Shown here piece by piece: positions 1 to 11,683 of a stretch of DNA of 64,000 bases; positions within the stretch are counted from its first letter, which is position 1, and each line of letters starts with the position of its first letter. The notes beneath the pieces were generated by a model that was not told the origin of the DNA, made no database searches, and saw only the letters and a list, made by a program, of their open reading frames with translations. This DNA is from Epiperipatus broadwayi (taxonomy: Eukaryota > Animalia > Onychophora), in NCBI GenBank assembly GCA_028023455.1, contig JAQFVV010000002.1, forward strand, positions 33,170,001 to 33,234,000, read 5' to 3'. A program made the translations under genes and the position numbers.

Positions 1-164
1 GGTTTTGGATATTGTTATGGTATCAGCAAAAACAAAGTTAATAAGGTAATGTTTGATTGACGATTTATGTTAATGGCACTTTAGTAGTAATTATTTGTTG
101 GATTATTTCCATCATTTAATATTATTACTGAATAGCTTTAGAAAAAAACAAACTTTTATTTAAA

Positions 165-1710
165 CTTTTCAAGTATATCAACTGTTCGTATTTAGCATAC
201 AGTCTAGTATATAAGACATTTCAAATAGTATTGTTCTCCCTTTTTCAAGTGGGCTGGCCTGAGCAGTGAATAGCATGGGAATTGAATGTAGACCTTTAGG
301 TTTATGAATATTAAATTTAAAGTAACCCTCAAACCAATTAATCTTTTCTGCCTAAGCGTCTCCTAATTTCTTCACTTTTTCTTAAGAGCAAGGTTAATTG
401 GTGGTTTCCAGACATTAGGTATTGTTGCACTAGGTTGGCTTAAGGAGATTATTTGCCATTATCATGTGAATAGCTTTTTTGAATATCTTATTTGTATTTT
501 TCCCTCGCTATTCAATATTTTTGTATTTTCCTAATTGAACATACATGGTTTGCTGCTTTATATATATATTCATTTTCTCTTTAGAATCATCAGTTTGTGC
601 TCTTTCAATTGCTTTTCAGTGGGACAACTTGTCTCACCAATATACATCTTTCCATATTCATATGGTATTTTATAGATGAAATTTTTGTTTTTCAGCATTT
701 CAAGTTTAGGCTTTGTAGTTTTTGGAAAGCTGTTGTGATGTTATACTGATTGCAGATTTTCCTTAATTTGTCTGCTATTTCTGCTATATATGAATATACT
801 ATAGTACCAATAATTATTATTTTTTGTATATATTTCTTTTTGTTGTCTGTCTAAGATATTGTTAATGATAGCTGATGGATAATCATTCTTTATGAGAGTA
901 TGTTTTATGTAAATTTTTTTTTTTTCCAAATCACTGGTTTTTGAATAATTTTTCTTTGTTCTGTTCCATTATTATAGTATAACTCTATGTTCTATATCTG
1001 TTGTGATTGGATGAATATGTTAAGTATTTTCCTACGAGCATAGGTTTTCTGTAAACTAATTTTGATTTTGCCATGAGGGAATCTTGTCACAGTAATATCT
1101 AAGAATGCCAGTTTTTGTTCTTGTTTTGAATCTATTGTGAATTTTAATTGAAGAGGGATTGTTGATGTGTGTCCAGAGCATATGTAAATAGCACTTATCA
1201 TCGACATAGCAAAGCCAAACTTTAAATAAGTCTAGTGTACTCTTTGTGGCTGTTGTTTCAACTTTTTTCCTGTAAATACTGCTAATCAGGAGTGATAAGA
1301 ATGAGCTGATACCTATACTTTGATTTTGTTGGAAGAATTGTTGTATTGAAAGTATATTATGTAGAATGTTATTAGTTCTATTGTGCTATCAACAGAAAGT
1401 GTTGTTTTGGGTTGGAAGCTATTACTATCATTTAATCTTTTCCTTACGATAGATACTACATTTGTGAATAAAGTTTCCACATCAAAACTTATCAATGTGC
1501 CAGTTCTTTCAATTTTTATGTACTTGATTAATTCTATAAAATGCATAGAATCCTTGACAAAGAATCGTGTCTTGTATGCCAAAGAACTAAGAACTTTGAG
1601 AAGAAATCTTGATAAGTTTTGGCAAGGTGAATTTCTAGAACCAACAATAAGTCTCAATAAAAATCTTGTGCCAATTTTTTTTTTAATTAAAGAGTAAAAA
1701 TAAGGATTTT
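165..1710 (-). mobile_element. Decayed Penelope-like (PLE) retroelement: RT + GIY-YIG endonuclease + 3' terminal repeat
   Basis: Minus-strand peptides: SFDVETLFTNV (PLE RT motif, ORF 1313-1657); KFTIDSKQEQKLAFLDITVTR (RT C-part, ORF 992-1207); HTLIKNDYPSAII (741-929); YKIPYEYGKMYIGET...KQLKEH (GIY-YIG, about 595-675). Many stops and frameshifts. 165-295 matches the solo repeat at 24655-24815. Confidence 0.9.
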
Positions 1711-2884
1711 TGAAATGAATTTAAACATCAGTAGACTCCAAATATAGATGATGAAATATGGTTGCAATTACTGGACTACTTGACAGATATATTTCTGATT
1801 TTAAATGAAGTTAATACATCTCTTCAAGGACTTAAAGTATGTATTTAACATTAGATATATGAGTTTCATATATATATAGTGTTGTTAGTGTCATACCTGG
1901 CAAGTTTTCTTGTTGAAACAATAGAAATATTAATTGTATCAACAGTGGTAATAAAGCCAGAGTTAGTTTTATGATATCTAAGTATTGAAAATCTAATTTT
2001 TTTAAATTTTGATATATAGAATGTGAAAACTATAAAAATTCTTCAAGACTGAATATAGGACAATGCTGATGGCTAAGAAATTGTCAAGATTTAAATTCAA
2101 TATAGTCAAGATAGATGACTGCAAGTTTTTTTGGTAGGACAAATCAACCAGTGAAAGGAGAATGCATGGTATTGGATTTACTGGAAAGTCTAATTTAGCA
2201 TCCTCTATTTTTAGAATCCCTTATTGCATCAATGAACGATTGATGATGTTAAAACTTGGGCTTGTGCAATGGTACTAATGATCATTTTATTAGTCCATAT
2301 GCTCCAATCTTAGATTTAGAGAATACAGCGAAAAAAAGCTTCTATTTTTTGCTGGATAGCTTATTACAGCAATACCATTTTTTAAAAAAAGAAATTTTTT
2401 TGTAATTGGAGACTTTAATGCATATAGTGTTACAAATGGTAGGCTTTGATTGATAGTTGTAGGAAATAAAGATATTGGTGCTATAAACTCAGTTTGTTCT
2501 TATTGAATGTTTACACAACACATGAATTGACTATCACAAGTACTTGGTTTAGGCAGAAAAATTGTTACAAAAATACGTAGATGTTTCACCCTCATAACCA
2601 TGACACTTAATTGATTACATTATAGTTATGAGTCGGAATACAAAAGAAGAATACGAACATGTGCAGATTGTTGAATGGATTATACATTAGTATATTCCAA
2701 GTTTAAAATGATAGATCATATTCACAAAGAATTAGATGTTTAAATAGTCAAAATAAGAGTCATAGATCACATGACCCAATTCTCTTAAACTTGTAAGCTA
2801 TAAACAATGAGTATTGCCAATTGCTCAACAAGCTTTGTGATAAGTGCTTAGCCAGAGAAATTATTTAAAATATCTGTCAGGAAA

Positions 2885-3068
2885 TCCCCCAAACCTCTAA
2901 CTATGGTTTGGGTAGCTTCAGACCCTAGATCTAAAATACCAATCCAAAGCCAGCATTTATCTAACAGTTATCTATTGAGTGGAAAATCTGAAAATATTTC
3001 AGACACCTACATGTCTTCAAACCCAGCTATCCAACTCAAATAGCTATATGGAGCTGAGATAAATTCTA
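2885..3068. repeat. Old dispersed repeat related to 13945-14110 (subfamily A2, retrozyme-associated)
   Basis: Shares 'cagac.ctagatctaaaatacca...ggcattta...aaaatctgaaa.tttcagaca.ct.atgtct.caaa...gctat.aact.aaatagc.atatgg' with 13950-14105. Confidence 0.6.
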
Positions 3069-3229
3069 TTAATTCTTAAATATCGGTACTAAAATTGCTA
3101 ATTTGGACTTTCGGGATGGTTATATTACTAAGGCATGGAATTTTCTTAGAGAGTAGTTATAGATTTAAATAAGTCTACTTGCAGGTTCATCGGTATTTCT
3201 GACAGAGATATTATTTGTGATTTAATTAA

Positions 3230-4680
3230 AAGGACAATGTGCGGCATTTTTTGCTTGTCTGAATAATAAATATGGAGCTTCACAATAAATATAGAAAATT
3301 AAAAACAAAAGTTCAATGATTGACGAAAAGATTTAAAAATGATTGATAAATTAAAGCTGCAAAGGAGATATAATGTCTTTAGATCTTTTTTTAATGCATT
3401 GAAAGCAATATATGGACTTGGGAAAATTTGTATTACAATCCTATAAATCAAAAATGGCACTTTCTGATATAATATCAATGACATTTTGAATAAGTGTTAG
3501 GAGTATTTTAATTACCTTTTGAATAATGATGTAAGAATTGAGATGTTGACCCTATCTTCATTTTATCTACTCATTTAAATTTGAACAAGATATCCAGCTT
3601 TAATGAAATCAATACATCTCTTTGTAAAAAAAAAAATGGATAGATTGTAGGCCCTGATGAAATAGCTGGAGAAGTTTTAAAACATAATGGTAATATGTTA
3701 GTTTCAATTTTAGAAATTTATGAACTCATGAAATTGTACCGTCTCATTTTAAAGACGATTCTATTGTTCCAATTTTTTAAAATAAAGGGAATATGCAAAA
3801 TTGCAATTATTATATCATTATTATCCATTAAGTACTTTAAGGATTTTGTTGAATAGATTATTTCTGATCATAGAAAAAAAGTCACAGATAAAATGATTAC
3901 CAGAGACTCGATGTGGTTTTAGAGAAACAAGAAACAAATGAAGAAAAAAAATCAAACCAAAGTGATTTATACGTTGATTTTTATTGATTTGGTCAAAGCA
4001 AATGGCCCAGTTAATTTAATAAATCTGACATTATCTGAAATTAGTTGGATTACACCAAAATTTATTTGATAATATATAAATAATTATCAGAGACTCAATA
4101 TTGTTTTACGGAATCAAAAAGCATATGTATATGATTTGTATTGCCAGGCAAATGAAAAAAAAGATCAGAAACACGAGTGTTTTTTATATTTTTTTTATTG
4201 ATTTGATTAAGACAAGTGATTCAATTAATTGAATATATCTGTGACATTGTTTGAAATTAGTTGATTGTTCACCAATGTTTATTTTGTTATACAGTTTCCG
4301 ACGGAATGAAAGGAAGTATTATTGTGATGAATGGAAAATTTGAGATAGGATTAAATAAGGATACGTACTTGCTTTAATATTTTTGATTCTTATGTCTTCG
4401 ACTTTTGGAATTGTTTATAGTTGCCTTAATGACTCAGATACCAAAATGTGGTACAGCTTTGATGGTGAAATTTTTAATTCGAATCTCCACAATTAATAAA
4501 CCAAACTGAATAAACCTTTACTTCACCAATGTTCGTATCTTTTTGGATTTTGAATTTATACTATGCTGATGATTTTGCTTTTTGCCAGCTCAAAAGATGA
4601 TCTATAAACTGTACTTAATGTTTTGAATGCAACCTATAAAAGTCTTTGGCTTTAAACTTTCTCGTTTGTTATGATGGATG
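3230..4680 (+). mobile_element. Decayed RTE-like non-LTR retrotransposon (RT domain)
   Basis: Broken-frame RT motifs: GPDEIAGEVLK (about 3650), KDDSIVPIF (about 3752), PETRCGFR (about 3900), FIDLVKA (about 3980), YYADDFA (about 4560). Confidence 0.7.
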
Positions 4681-4737
4681 AGTAATTAGTATGTGAGTGT
4701 TAGATATTGTATCAGTTTTCAATATCATATTATAATT

Positions 4738-4841
4738 GTATATTGGTGATTATTTATCTTTTCAATGTGCGTGATCAGGTGGGTCAGCAATATGAGATGG
4801 CATGGAGGGCTGACGGTCGTGTGAAAGTCTGAGTTTGAATC
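4738..4841 (+). repeat. Family B fragment (3' part, downstream of HHR cleavage site, ending in B-box)
   Basis: gtata|ttggtgattatttatcttttc...cagcaatatgagat...gtgaaagtctgagtttgaatc matches the reverse complement of 55575-55690. Confidence 0.7.
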
Positions 4842-5068
4842 TTTTCTATATTACATTATATACATGGAGGTGTGTAAGCCTGTACAGTGTATTAAATTAT
4901 AATTGTATTTATACAAGTTAAATTTCTACCAATAAATTTGCTATAAAATATTAAAGAATATATGTATTATTTTTTACATGGATGAAAAAATTCATTAATG
5001 TGAATTATTAGTAAAAGAATGCAAAAAATTTTACATCGTTATTTTCTTAAATATATGAATTTTACTAG

Positions 5069-5213
5069 ATCACAAATCAAAGAAGAAGAAAAACCCAAAC
5101 AGACTGAACAGAAAACAGATAGTGATACATTAAGGCAAGAAAAATTAGAAGGTCAACTTAATGAATATTATCACAAAATAGATGAGCTTCAGGACAGTTT
5201 GCAGGGTTTTAAA
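5069..5213 (+). CDS. Exon of an unidentified coiled-coil protein (SQIKEEEKPKQ...EKLEGQLNEYYHKIDELQDSLQGFK)
   Basis: ttttactag acceptor; AAA|gtaagt donor; open frame with heptad-like charged composition; phase 2 to 0, compatible with exon 13551. Confidence 0.75.
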
Positions 5214-7354
5214 GTAAGTTTATTTCTTATTTTATATTTTACTGATATTTTTATCAATTAATTTGAAAGTCCACAGGTTATAGCCAAGACCTTTTACAAT
5301 GATTGAGAAAAATTTAGATAATATTACAATAGTATATACGATGTGATTCTGGATTCTTAGCATTATTTTATTTTGACCAAGTAAACTGAACATATAATAA
5401 TAATTCATCACTCTTCTTTTATTGTAAATATATATTTATATATCGACATGTATTTAATATATGTATACCTTTTTGTCAGTATTTTTAGAGATATTTAAGT
5501 GTGCATATGTTTATAGTACTAATAAATAATAAAAATCATATACAACAGTTATATAAATATATTTCTAATAAATACATATTAAAAGCCTTTTTCAACATAT
5601 GGTTTTGTACCCTTTTTAAATGGTAAGCATCTGTTTTAATGTTAACCAATTATTGCACATTGAACACCATCTAGTGTTTTATAATGAAAATAAAATAACT
5701 ATAATAAAATAAAACCAATAAAATAAAATAAAAACTTCATATAGAGATCCAATATAACTTCAAAGAATTGACTCTATATCATAACAATATACAGAATTGG
5801 TTAACGTTAAAATAGTTGCCTAACATTGGAAAAGGGCATGAAACAATATGCTGAAAAAGACTTTATAGTGTAATTATTATTGATATATATATTGTAGTGA
5901 TGAGCTACAACCTGCCACACAATCCAATTATTTAAGACACTCTACCAATTGGAGCCTCATAACATATTTGCTTAACCAATAAATTGCCAAGCAAATTGTC
6001 ATAGTAATTTTTTTTTCTTTCCAACATATACATGTGTATAAACATCTTTTCATTTCTAAAGAAGTAATAAAAGCCATTAAATTACTAGGGAGAAACAGAT
6101 AGGTATATTAACACTGGAATAAAACGTATTATATGTTAATAATTGGGGATGACTATGAAAAAAAAAAACAAACTTACACATAAACTTAAAAAAAATAAAT
6201 AAATAAAAACAATGACTGAATTAAAATGTAAACACATAGAAACCATTTATGGAAATGAAATTTAAAATATTTATAAATTATTATTTTTTATTTATAATCC
6301 CATTTATTTATATTAGTCAGTTAAACAATAGGAAATGTCAAGGTTAAAATGCTTAAAATAACTTCACGTGACATACAACGCAGTATTAATTGTTATAATT
6401 GTCTTCTGCATTCGAAGATAGAACATTATTATTTTTTTCTGCTTAAAAAAATAAATTTGAATACAAAATGGATGTGAATGTTCGAATTTAAATATATAAA
6501 TATTTTTTTTAAATATTAATCAAAATGATCAAAACCTGAAATTTCAAAGCAATCGTTTGAAAGGAAAGAAATAATTTGAAAGTAAGAAGATTTAAATTAT
6601 TTGCTGATTAGACAAATTTTAGTTAAATTTACGCGTTGCAGTAATATTCAATAAATAATTGTTTTGATATATAATAATATCGTCATTGAAATCTTGAGAA
6701 GCAAATGAATCAATAAATATATATTATTTTTATATCATGATTGCTTGCTGAAAAGTTTGTACCATGGGGTAATAGTACGTCATCAATAAAGCCATGAAAG
6801 TTTAAAGATTTTATCTGCCCATTTAGGAGAAATTTGAAAACCATCTTTGCTTTAAATAAAATGTCTAAACAAATCCAAGACAGGATAATTGGAGAACATT
6901 ATTATTTTTTGACTCAGACAAGAAACTTCTATTCTTCGTGGGAGCAAAACCTCATCTCCATTCCTAGGAATTTATTTAGCAAATGAGCAATTTCCAGCAG
7001 ACTTATCGAACTTTAATTAACATAATGGGATAAGAATTGTGATTTTTGTTTTATTATTTTGTCTATTGTAAATTTTATGTATTATTTTCGTTTCTACAAA
7101 TGGAAGGTAATGTGTATAATTTTAGAGAAACTGTATGAGAGTAATAAGGGGGGAAAATTAGATTTATATTTTTTATCATTAATTGCATAAGAATAAAAAA
7201 ATTAATAGTTCTGACTGATTTTTGACAACATATGGGAAATTAAGAGTTCAAAATACAGCAAAACTCTCCATATAGTAGTGCCATCTTGTGCTAACAAGAG
7301 CAATCAATGGATGCCAGAAGGCTTGTGCATAAAATCCCTATCTAGTGCCTACTC

Positions 7355-7413
7355 ATCCAATATCCCCAGACTAGTTTCTGGCTTGTGGCCTTCATCAGTG
7401 AGGAGCCTTGGAT
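7355..7413 (-). ncRNA. Type I hammerhead ribozyme (family A)
   Basis: Minus strand: AUCCAA ggc UCCUCA CUGAUGA a GGC cacaa GCC a GAAA C UA G UC / UGGGGA ua UUGGAU. Conserved core, stem I with internal loop, stem II, palindromic ACUAGU stem III, GUC cleavage triplet. Confidence 0.9.
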
Positions 7414-7819
7414 CTGAGAGCACTGCACCTAGATCTTAGGATCTAATGCAACCCTCCAGCACCCACCTTTTAACTCTATTTAACTACAAAACTATGAGAA
7501 TGAAATTGAAAACACTATTAATATTTTCAATCCAAGCTCAATAGCTTATATAGTCATATGGGTCTGAACTCAATTCAGTACCCATACATTTTGGTGTCTT
7601 TGGCTCTTTAACAACCATAGCCACCACTATCCTATTAGGCAGGATTGGTGTTAAATCACTAAACATCACATGATCACTATCTCATACTAGCACAATAATT
7701 GTTATAAACAATTCAAAATACAGCAAAACTCTCCATATAGTAGTGCCATCTTGTGCTAACAAGAGCAATCAATGGATGCCAGAAGGCTTGTGCATAAAAT
7801 CCCTATCTAGTGCCTACTC

Positions 7820-7878
7820 ATCCAATATCCCCAGACTAGTTTCTGGCTTGTGGCCTTCATCAGTGAGGAGCCTTGGAT
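7820..7878 (-). ncRNA. Type I hammerhead ribozyme (family A, second monomer)
   Basis: Same sequence as 7355-7413, shifted by 465 nt. Confidence 0.9.
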
Positions 7879-8631
7879 CTGAGAGCACTGCACCTAGATC
7901 TTAGGATCTAATGCAACCCTCCAGCACCCACCTTTTAACTCTATTTAACTACAAAACTATGAGAATGAAATTGAAAACACTATTAATATTTTCAATCCAA
8001 GCTCAATAGCTTATATAGTCATATGGGTCTGAACTCAATTCAGTACCCATACATTTTGGTGTCTTTGGCTCTTTAACAACCATAGCCACCACTATCCTAT
8101 TAGGCAGGATTGGTGTTAAATCACTAAACATCACATGATCACTATCTCATACTAGCACAATAATTGTTATAAACAATTCAAAATACAGCAAAACTCTCCA
8201 TATAGTAGTGCCATCTTGTGCTAACAAGAGCAATCAATGGATGCCAGAAGGCTTGTGCATAAAATCCCTATCTAGTGCCTATCTTGTTAGCACAAGATGG
8301 CACTACTATATGGAGAGTTTTGCTGTATTTTGAATTGTTTATAACAATTATTGTGCTAGTATGAGATAGTGATCATGTGATGTTTAGTGGTTTAACACCA
8401 ATCCTGCCTAATAGGATAGTGGTGGCTATGGTTGTTAAAGAGCCAAAGACACCAAAATGTATGGGTACTGAATTGAGTTCAGACCCATATGACTATATAA
8501 GCTATTGAGCTTGGGTTGAAAATATTAATAGTGTTTTCAATTTCATTCTCATAGTTTTGTAGTTAAATAGAGTTAAAAGGTGGGTGCTGGAGGGTTGCAT
8601 TAGACCTAAGATCTAGGTGCAGGGCTCTCAG

Positions 8632-8688
8632 ATCCAAGGCTCCTCACTGATGAGGCCACAAGCCAGAAATAGTCTGGGGATATTGGAT
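8632..8688 (+). ncRNA. Family A hammerhead, variant with 1-nt deletions
   Basis: tcctca CTGATGA ggccacaagcca GAAA tag TC tgggga; lacks the A after the core and C15.2. Confidence 0.6.
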
Positions 8689-9088
8689 GAGTAGGCACTA
8701 GATAGGATTTTATGCACAAGCCTTCTGGCATCCATTGATTGCTCTTGTTAGCACAAGATGGCACTACTATATGGAGAGTTTTGCTGTATTTTGAATTGTT
8801 TATAACAATTATTGTGCTAGTATGGATAGTGATCATGTGATGTTTAGTGGTTTAACCCAATCCTGCCTAATAGGATAGTGTGGCTATGGTTGTTAAAGAG
8901 CCAAGACTACCAAAATGTATGGGTACTGAATTGAGTTCAGACCATATGACTATATAAGCTATTGAGCTTAGATTGAAAATATTTTTTGTGTTTTCAATTC
9001 ATTCTCATAGTTTTGTAGTTAAGTAGAGTTAAAAGGTGGTTGCTAGAGGGTTGCATTAGATCCTAAGATCTAGGTGCAGTGCTCTCAG

Positions 9089-9141
9089 ATCCAAGGCTCC
9101 TCACTGAGGCCAAGCCAGAAACTAGTCTGGGGATATTGGAT
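9089..9141 (+). ncRNA. Family A hammerhead, degenerate (core deletion)
   Basis: tcctcactgaggccaagccagaaactagtctgggga: CUGAUGA box and loop II partly deleted. Confidence 0.45.
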
Positions 9142-11683
9142 GAGTAGGCACTAGATAGGGATTTTATGCACAAGCCTTCTGGCATCCATTGATTGCTCTT
9201 GTTAGCACAAGATGGCACTACTATATGGAGAGTTTTGCTGTATTTTGAATTGTTTATAACAATTATTGTGCTAGTATGAGATAGTGATCATGTGATGTTT
9301 AGGGAAATTAAGAGGTAAGACATTTTAATATTATCTTATAGTAAGCAAAACTCAATGAGAGATTTTTTTTCATTTATTATTAATTAAGCTTACTTTTGTA
9401 TTGCTTTTATAAATCAATGATTTATAACCATTGATTTATCTGGACAACAGAGATTTTTTTGTTGTTGTTGTTGTTATGTTTGTATACATATTTTAAATTA
9501 GCCAGCTAAAATCGAAATCACATATACATATTATAATTTTACAGATTCGTTGTTATAAATAGTTAGTCAAGTACATGAGCTTCTACCATTGGGTTTAGGG
9601 CAAGGGTTTTATTTTTATTAATATCATTATAGATATCGATATGGTAGAATTTCATCCTGACAAAATAAATTACATGTATCAGATTTAAGTGTTATTCATA
9701 TTTTTTTTTTTTTAATCAATAAAATGTTTATATAATTCGTTATTTTAATCTGGTCTCTAACTCATCATTATTTCAATATCCACCATCAGCTTTATAGTTC
9801 TTCATTATTTACATACCCGTTATAAAGATTATTATCTTATTTAGTTTTACACCTATTAATATTATTACTATGATAGAGGAAATACATATACATATTTAAG
9901 TCATTTATTATAACTTTTTGTACATATACATTTATACTGCACATACATATATATTTTTATATATCTTATGCTTAATTGATTTTTGGTAATTAATTATCAC
10001 CTATATAGAGGTGCAATAACTACTGTTAGTGTGATCTCCTTCCCTGATAAGAGAGCTCAGATAATTACTTCCTGAGTTTGAATACTGTGGTATAACGCGG
10101 CTAGAAAGGGGTGAGAATTGGATGAACTGACCCAAATTGTATCTAAGTTAATAAAAATAGGTAGAGCTAATCTATTGGAAGTAGGTACAATCATAGGTTA
10201 GGTATTTCATTGCGTAATCACTTGCATCCTATCCAAAGACCCAAAGTCCAACCATAGTAAGATGCGCTCCCCCTATCTCTTATGGAATCCACCAGCTCGT
10301 TATATATATATTACTTCGAATATAAGACACCCCCAAATTTAAGATGCATATATGTACTTAAATAGGAAACTAATGTAAATACAATAAACTTGCCTAGTTT
10401 ATTGCGAATCTTCTTCAAATATATAGTACTTTCACTTTCAGAACTTGAAATCTCATCTTCACTACTTCATCAGGGCGCATCATCTTCGGGCCATTTAAAT
10501 TGTAGCCGAACATTATAATTTCTTTGTCAATTTGCTTTCGTGTAAAAGTACATTTTTCTATTAAAACCTGAATCATTCTTCTAAAATAATTAATATTTTT
10601 ACAAATATTTTCTGAAAACAATAAATGTGTAAAGAAGATTCTATAACGTACGTTTTCACTTTAAAAATCAAAAGGAAGCTATTGGAACTATCAAAATTTC
10701 GACAGGTGCTCTCTCATGTACAGAACAACAATTAAAGGGGTAAACCGCTGGCCTATATGTTGGCCTTTATTTAGGTATTTGAAGTATAACATTTATAAAA
10801 TAATTGACTTTGGATAATATATAGTTCATAGTACTCTGAAAGGGATGCTTGAAGTGCATTCTATCCGATTTGAAACTACAAAACCTAGAAGAAAAAGTCT
10901 TGGAAGCAATGAATGGATTTTTCCTCATTAATGAATGTTATCTTCACCTTATCCTAGAATCATCTACTGGAAGATTGAGTAGTCAATAAACACCAGATGT
11001 TATAGTGCTATGCAATTCCCATCTCCAGAATGGTTTCTGCTTGAGGACTAGGATTCAAAATTGGATCTAATGCATTTATGCATCTAGTTAGATGTGTAAG
11101 TGTATTAGTTTTCAATAATGAAGGCAGAGAAGACCAAAGCCAAATCAGAAAATGGAGATTTTACAGCATTGTACCATTTGATGTCCATTGATTAACCCAG
11201 AAAGTGAGAGTGACGTGCAGTGTGGTTATTGGTATTAGTAAAAACCATACAAATTGTATGTACAATTAAATCTTTACTTACAAAAATCATGCATTAAACA
11301 TGGCATTCCGATATCTTTTCTAGTTTCATGATTTCTTTAAAACTGATTTATTTCAATCTTCCATTTGCACAAAGTTTTGCTTACTTATTAGCTTCGCCTG
11401 TAACATTTCTTTGATTACGTTGAAGCTAACCAGCTCAGCGGTTAAACTTTTGATTGCAAATTGTAAAAATTCTGAAAGTATGTTATAGTATTTTTTAAGA
11501 TAATTAAAAAATATTCGAAAATCTCTATAAATCTAATTTAGTGGAAAAAAAATTTAAAAAAATATCAGTATTTTGTAAAAGACAAAATCTGCGACTGTTT
11601 TTGAAAAATATAAATTTATAATAAACTTCATAAGGCGACTGTTTGTTAAATAGTTGTGATTCAAGAATTCAAGGCTTTCATCA

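Larger units (their letters stand above)
7247..9301. mobile_element. Family A retrozyme-like concatemer: about 2.2 direct 465-bp monomers then about 2.2 inverted monomers, 13-bp TSD
   Basis: ttcaaaatacagcaaaactctcc recurs at 7247, 7712 and 8177 (period 465). Strand switch at 8281/8282. gggaaattaagag flanks both ends (7234-7246 and 9302-9314). Each monomer carries an HHR. Confidence 0.93.

Noticed and set aside
3655-3690. ctgatga motifs at 3655 and 4566 (also 10465, 12588, 17845, 63911)
   Set aside because: No stem II/GAAA/NUH context; the first two are RT codons (PDE, ADD).
5582-5870. Imperfect inverted repeat (possible old MITE)
   Set aside because: Arms are too diverged and no TSD was found; not classifiable by eye.
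7247-8280. Regularly spaced repeats resembling a CRISPR array
   Set aside because: Units are 465-bp identical monomers with no unique spacers and no cas genes; the context is eukaryotic.
8606-8836. Recurrent short ORFs with 'SNQWMPEGLCIK...VRSLGSES.APRS' (also 23106, 32138, 34292, 34849, 45130)
   Set aside because: They are translations of the antisense strand of the family A ribozyme region; starts and frames vary and other copies have stops. Not a protein family.
10395-10621. Minus ORF 10415-10621, or alternative acidic frame SSEDEISSSESES as a piggyBac N-terminus or host exon
   Set aside because: Short, stops in the relevant frames, no convincing TIR/TTAA pair or splice sites.
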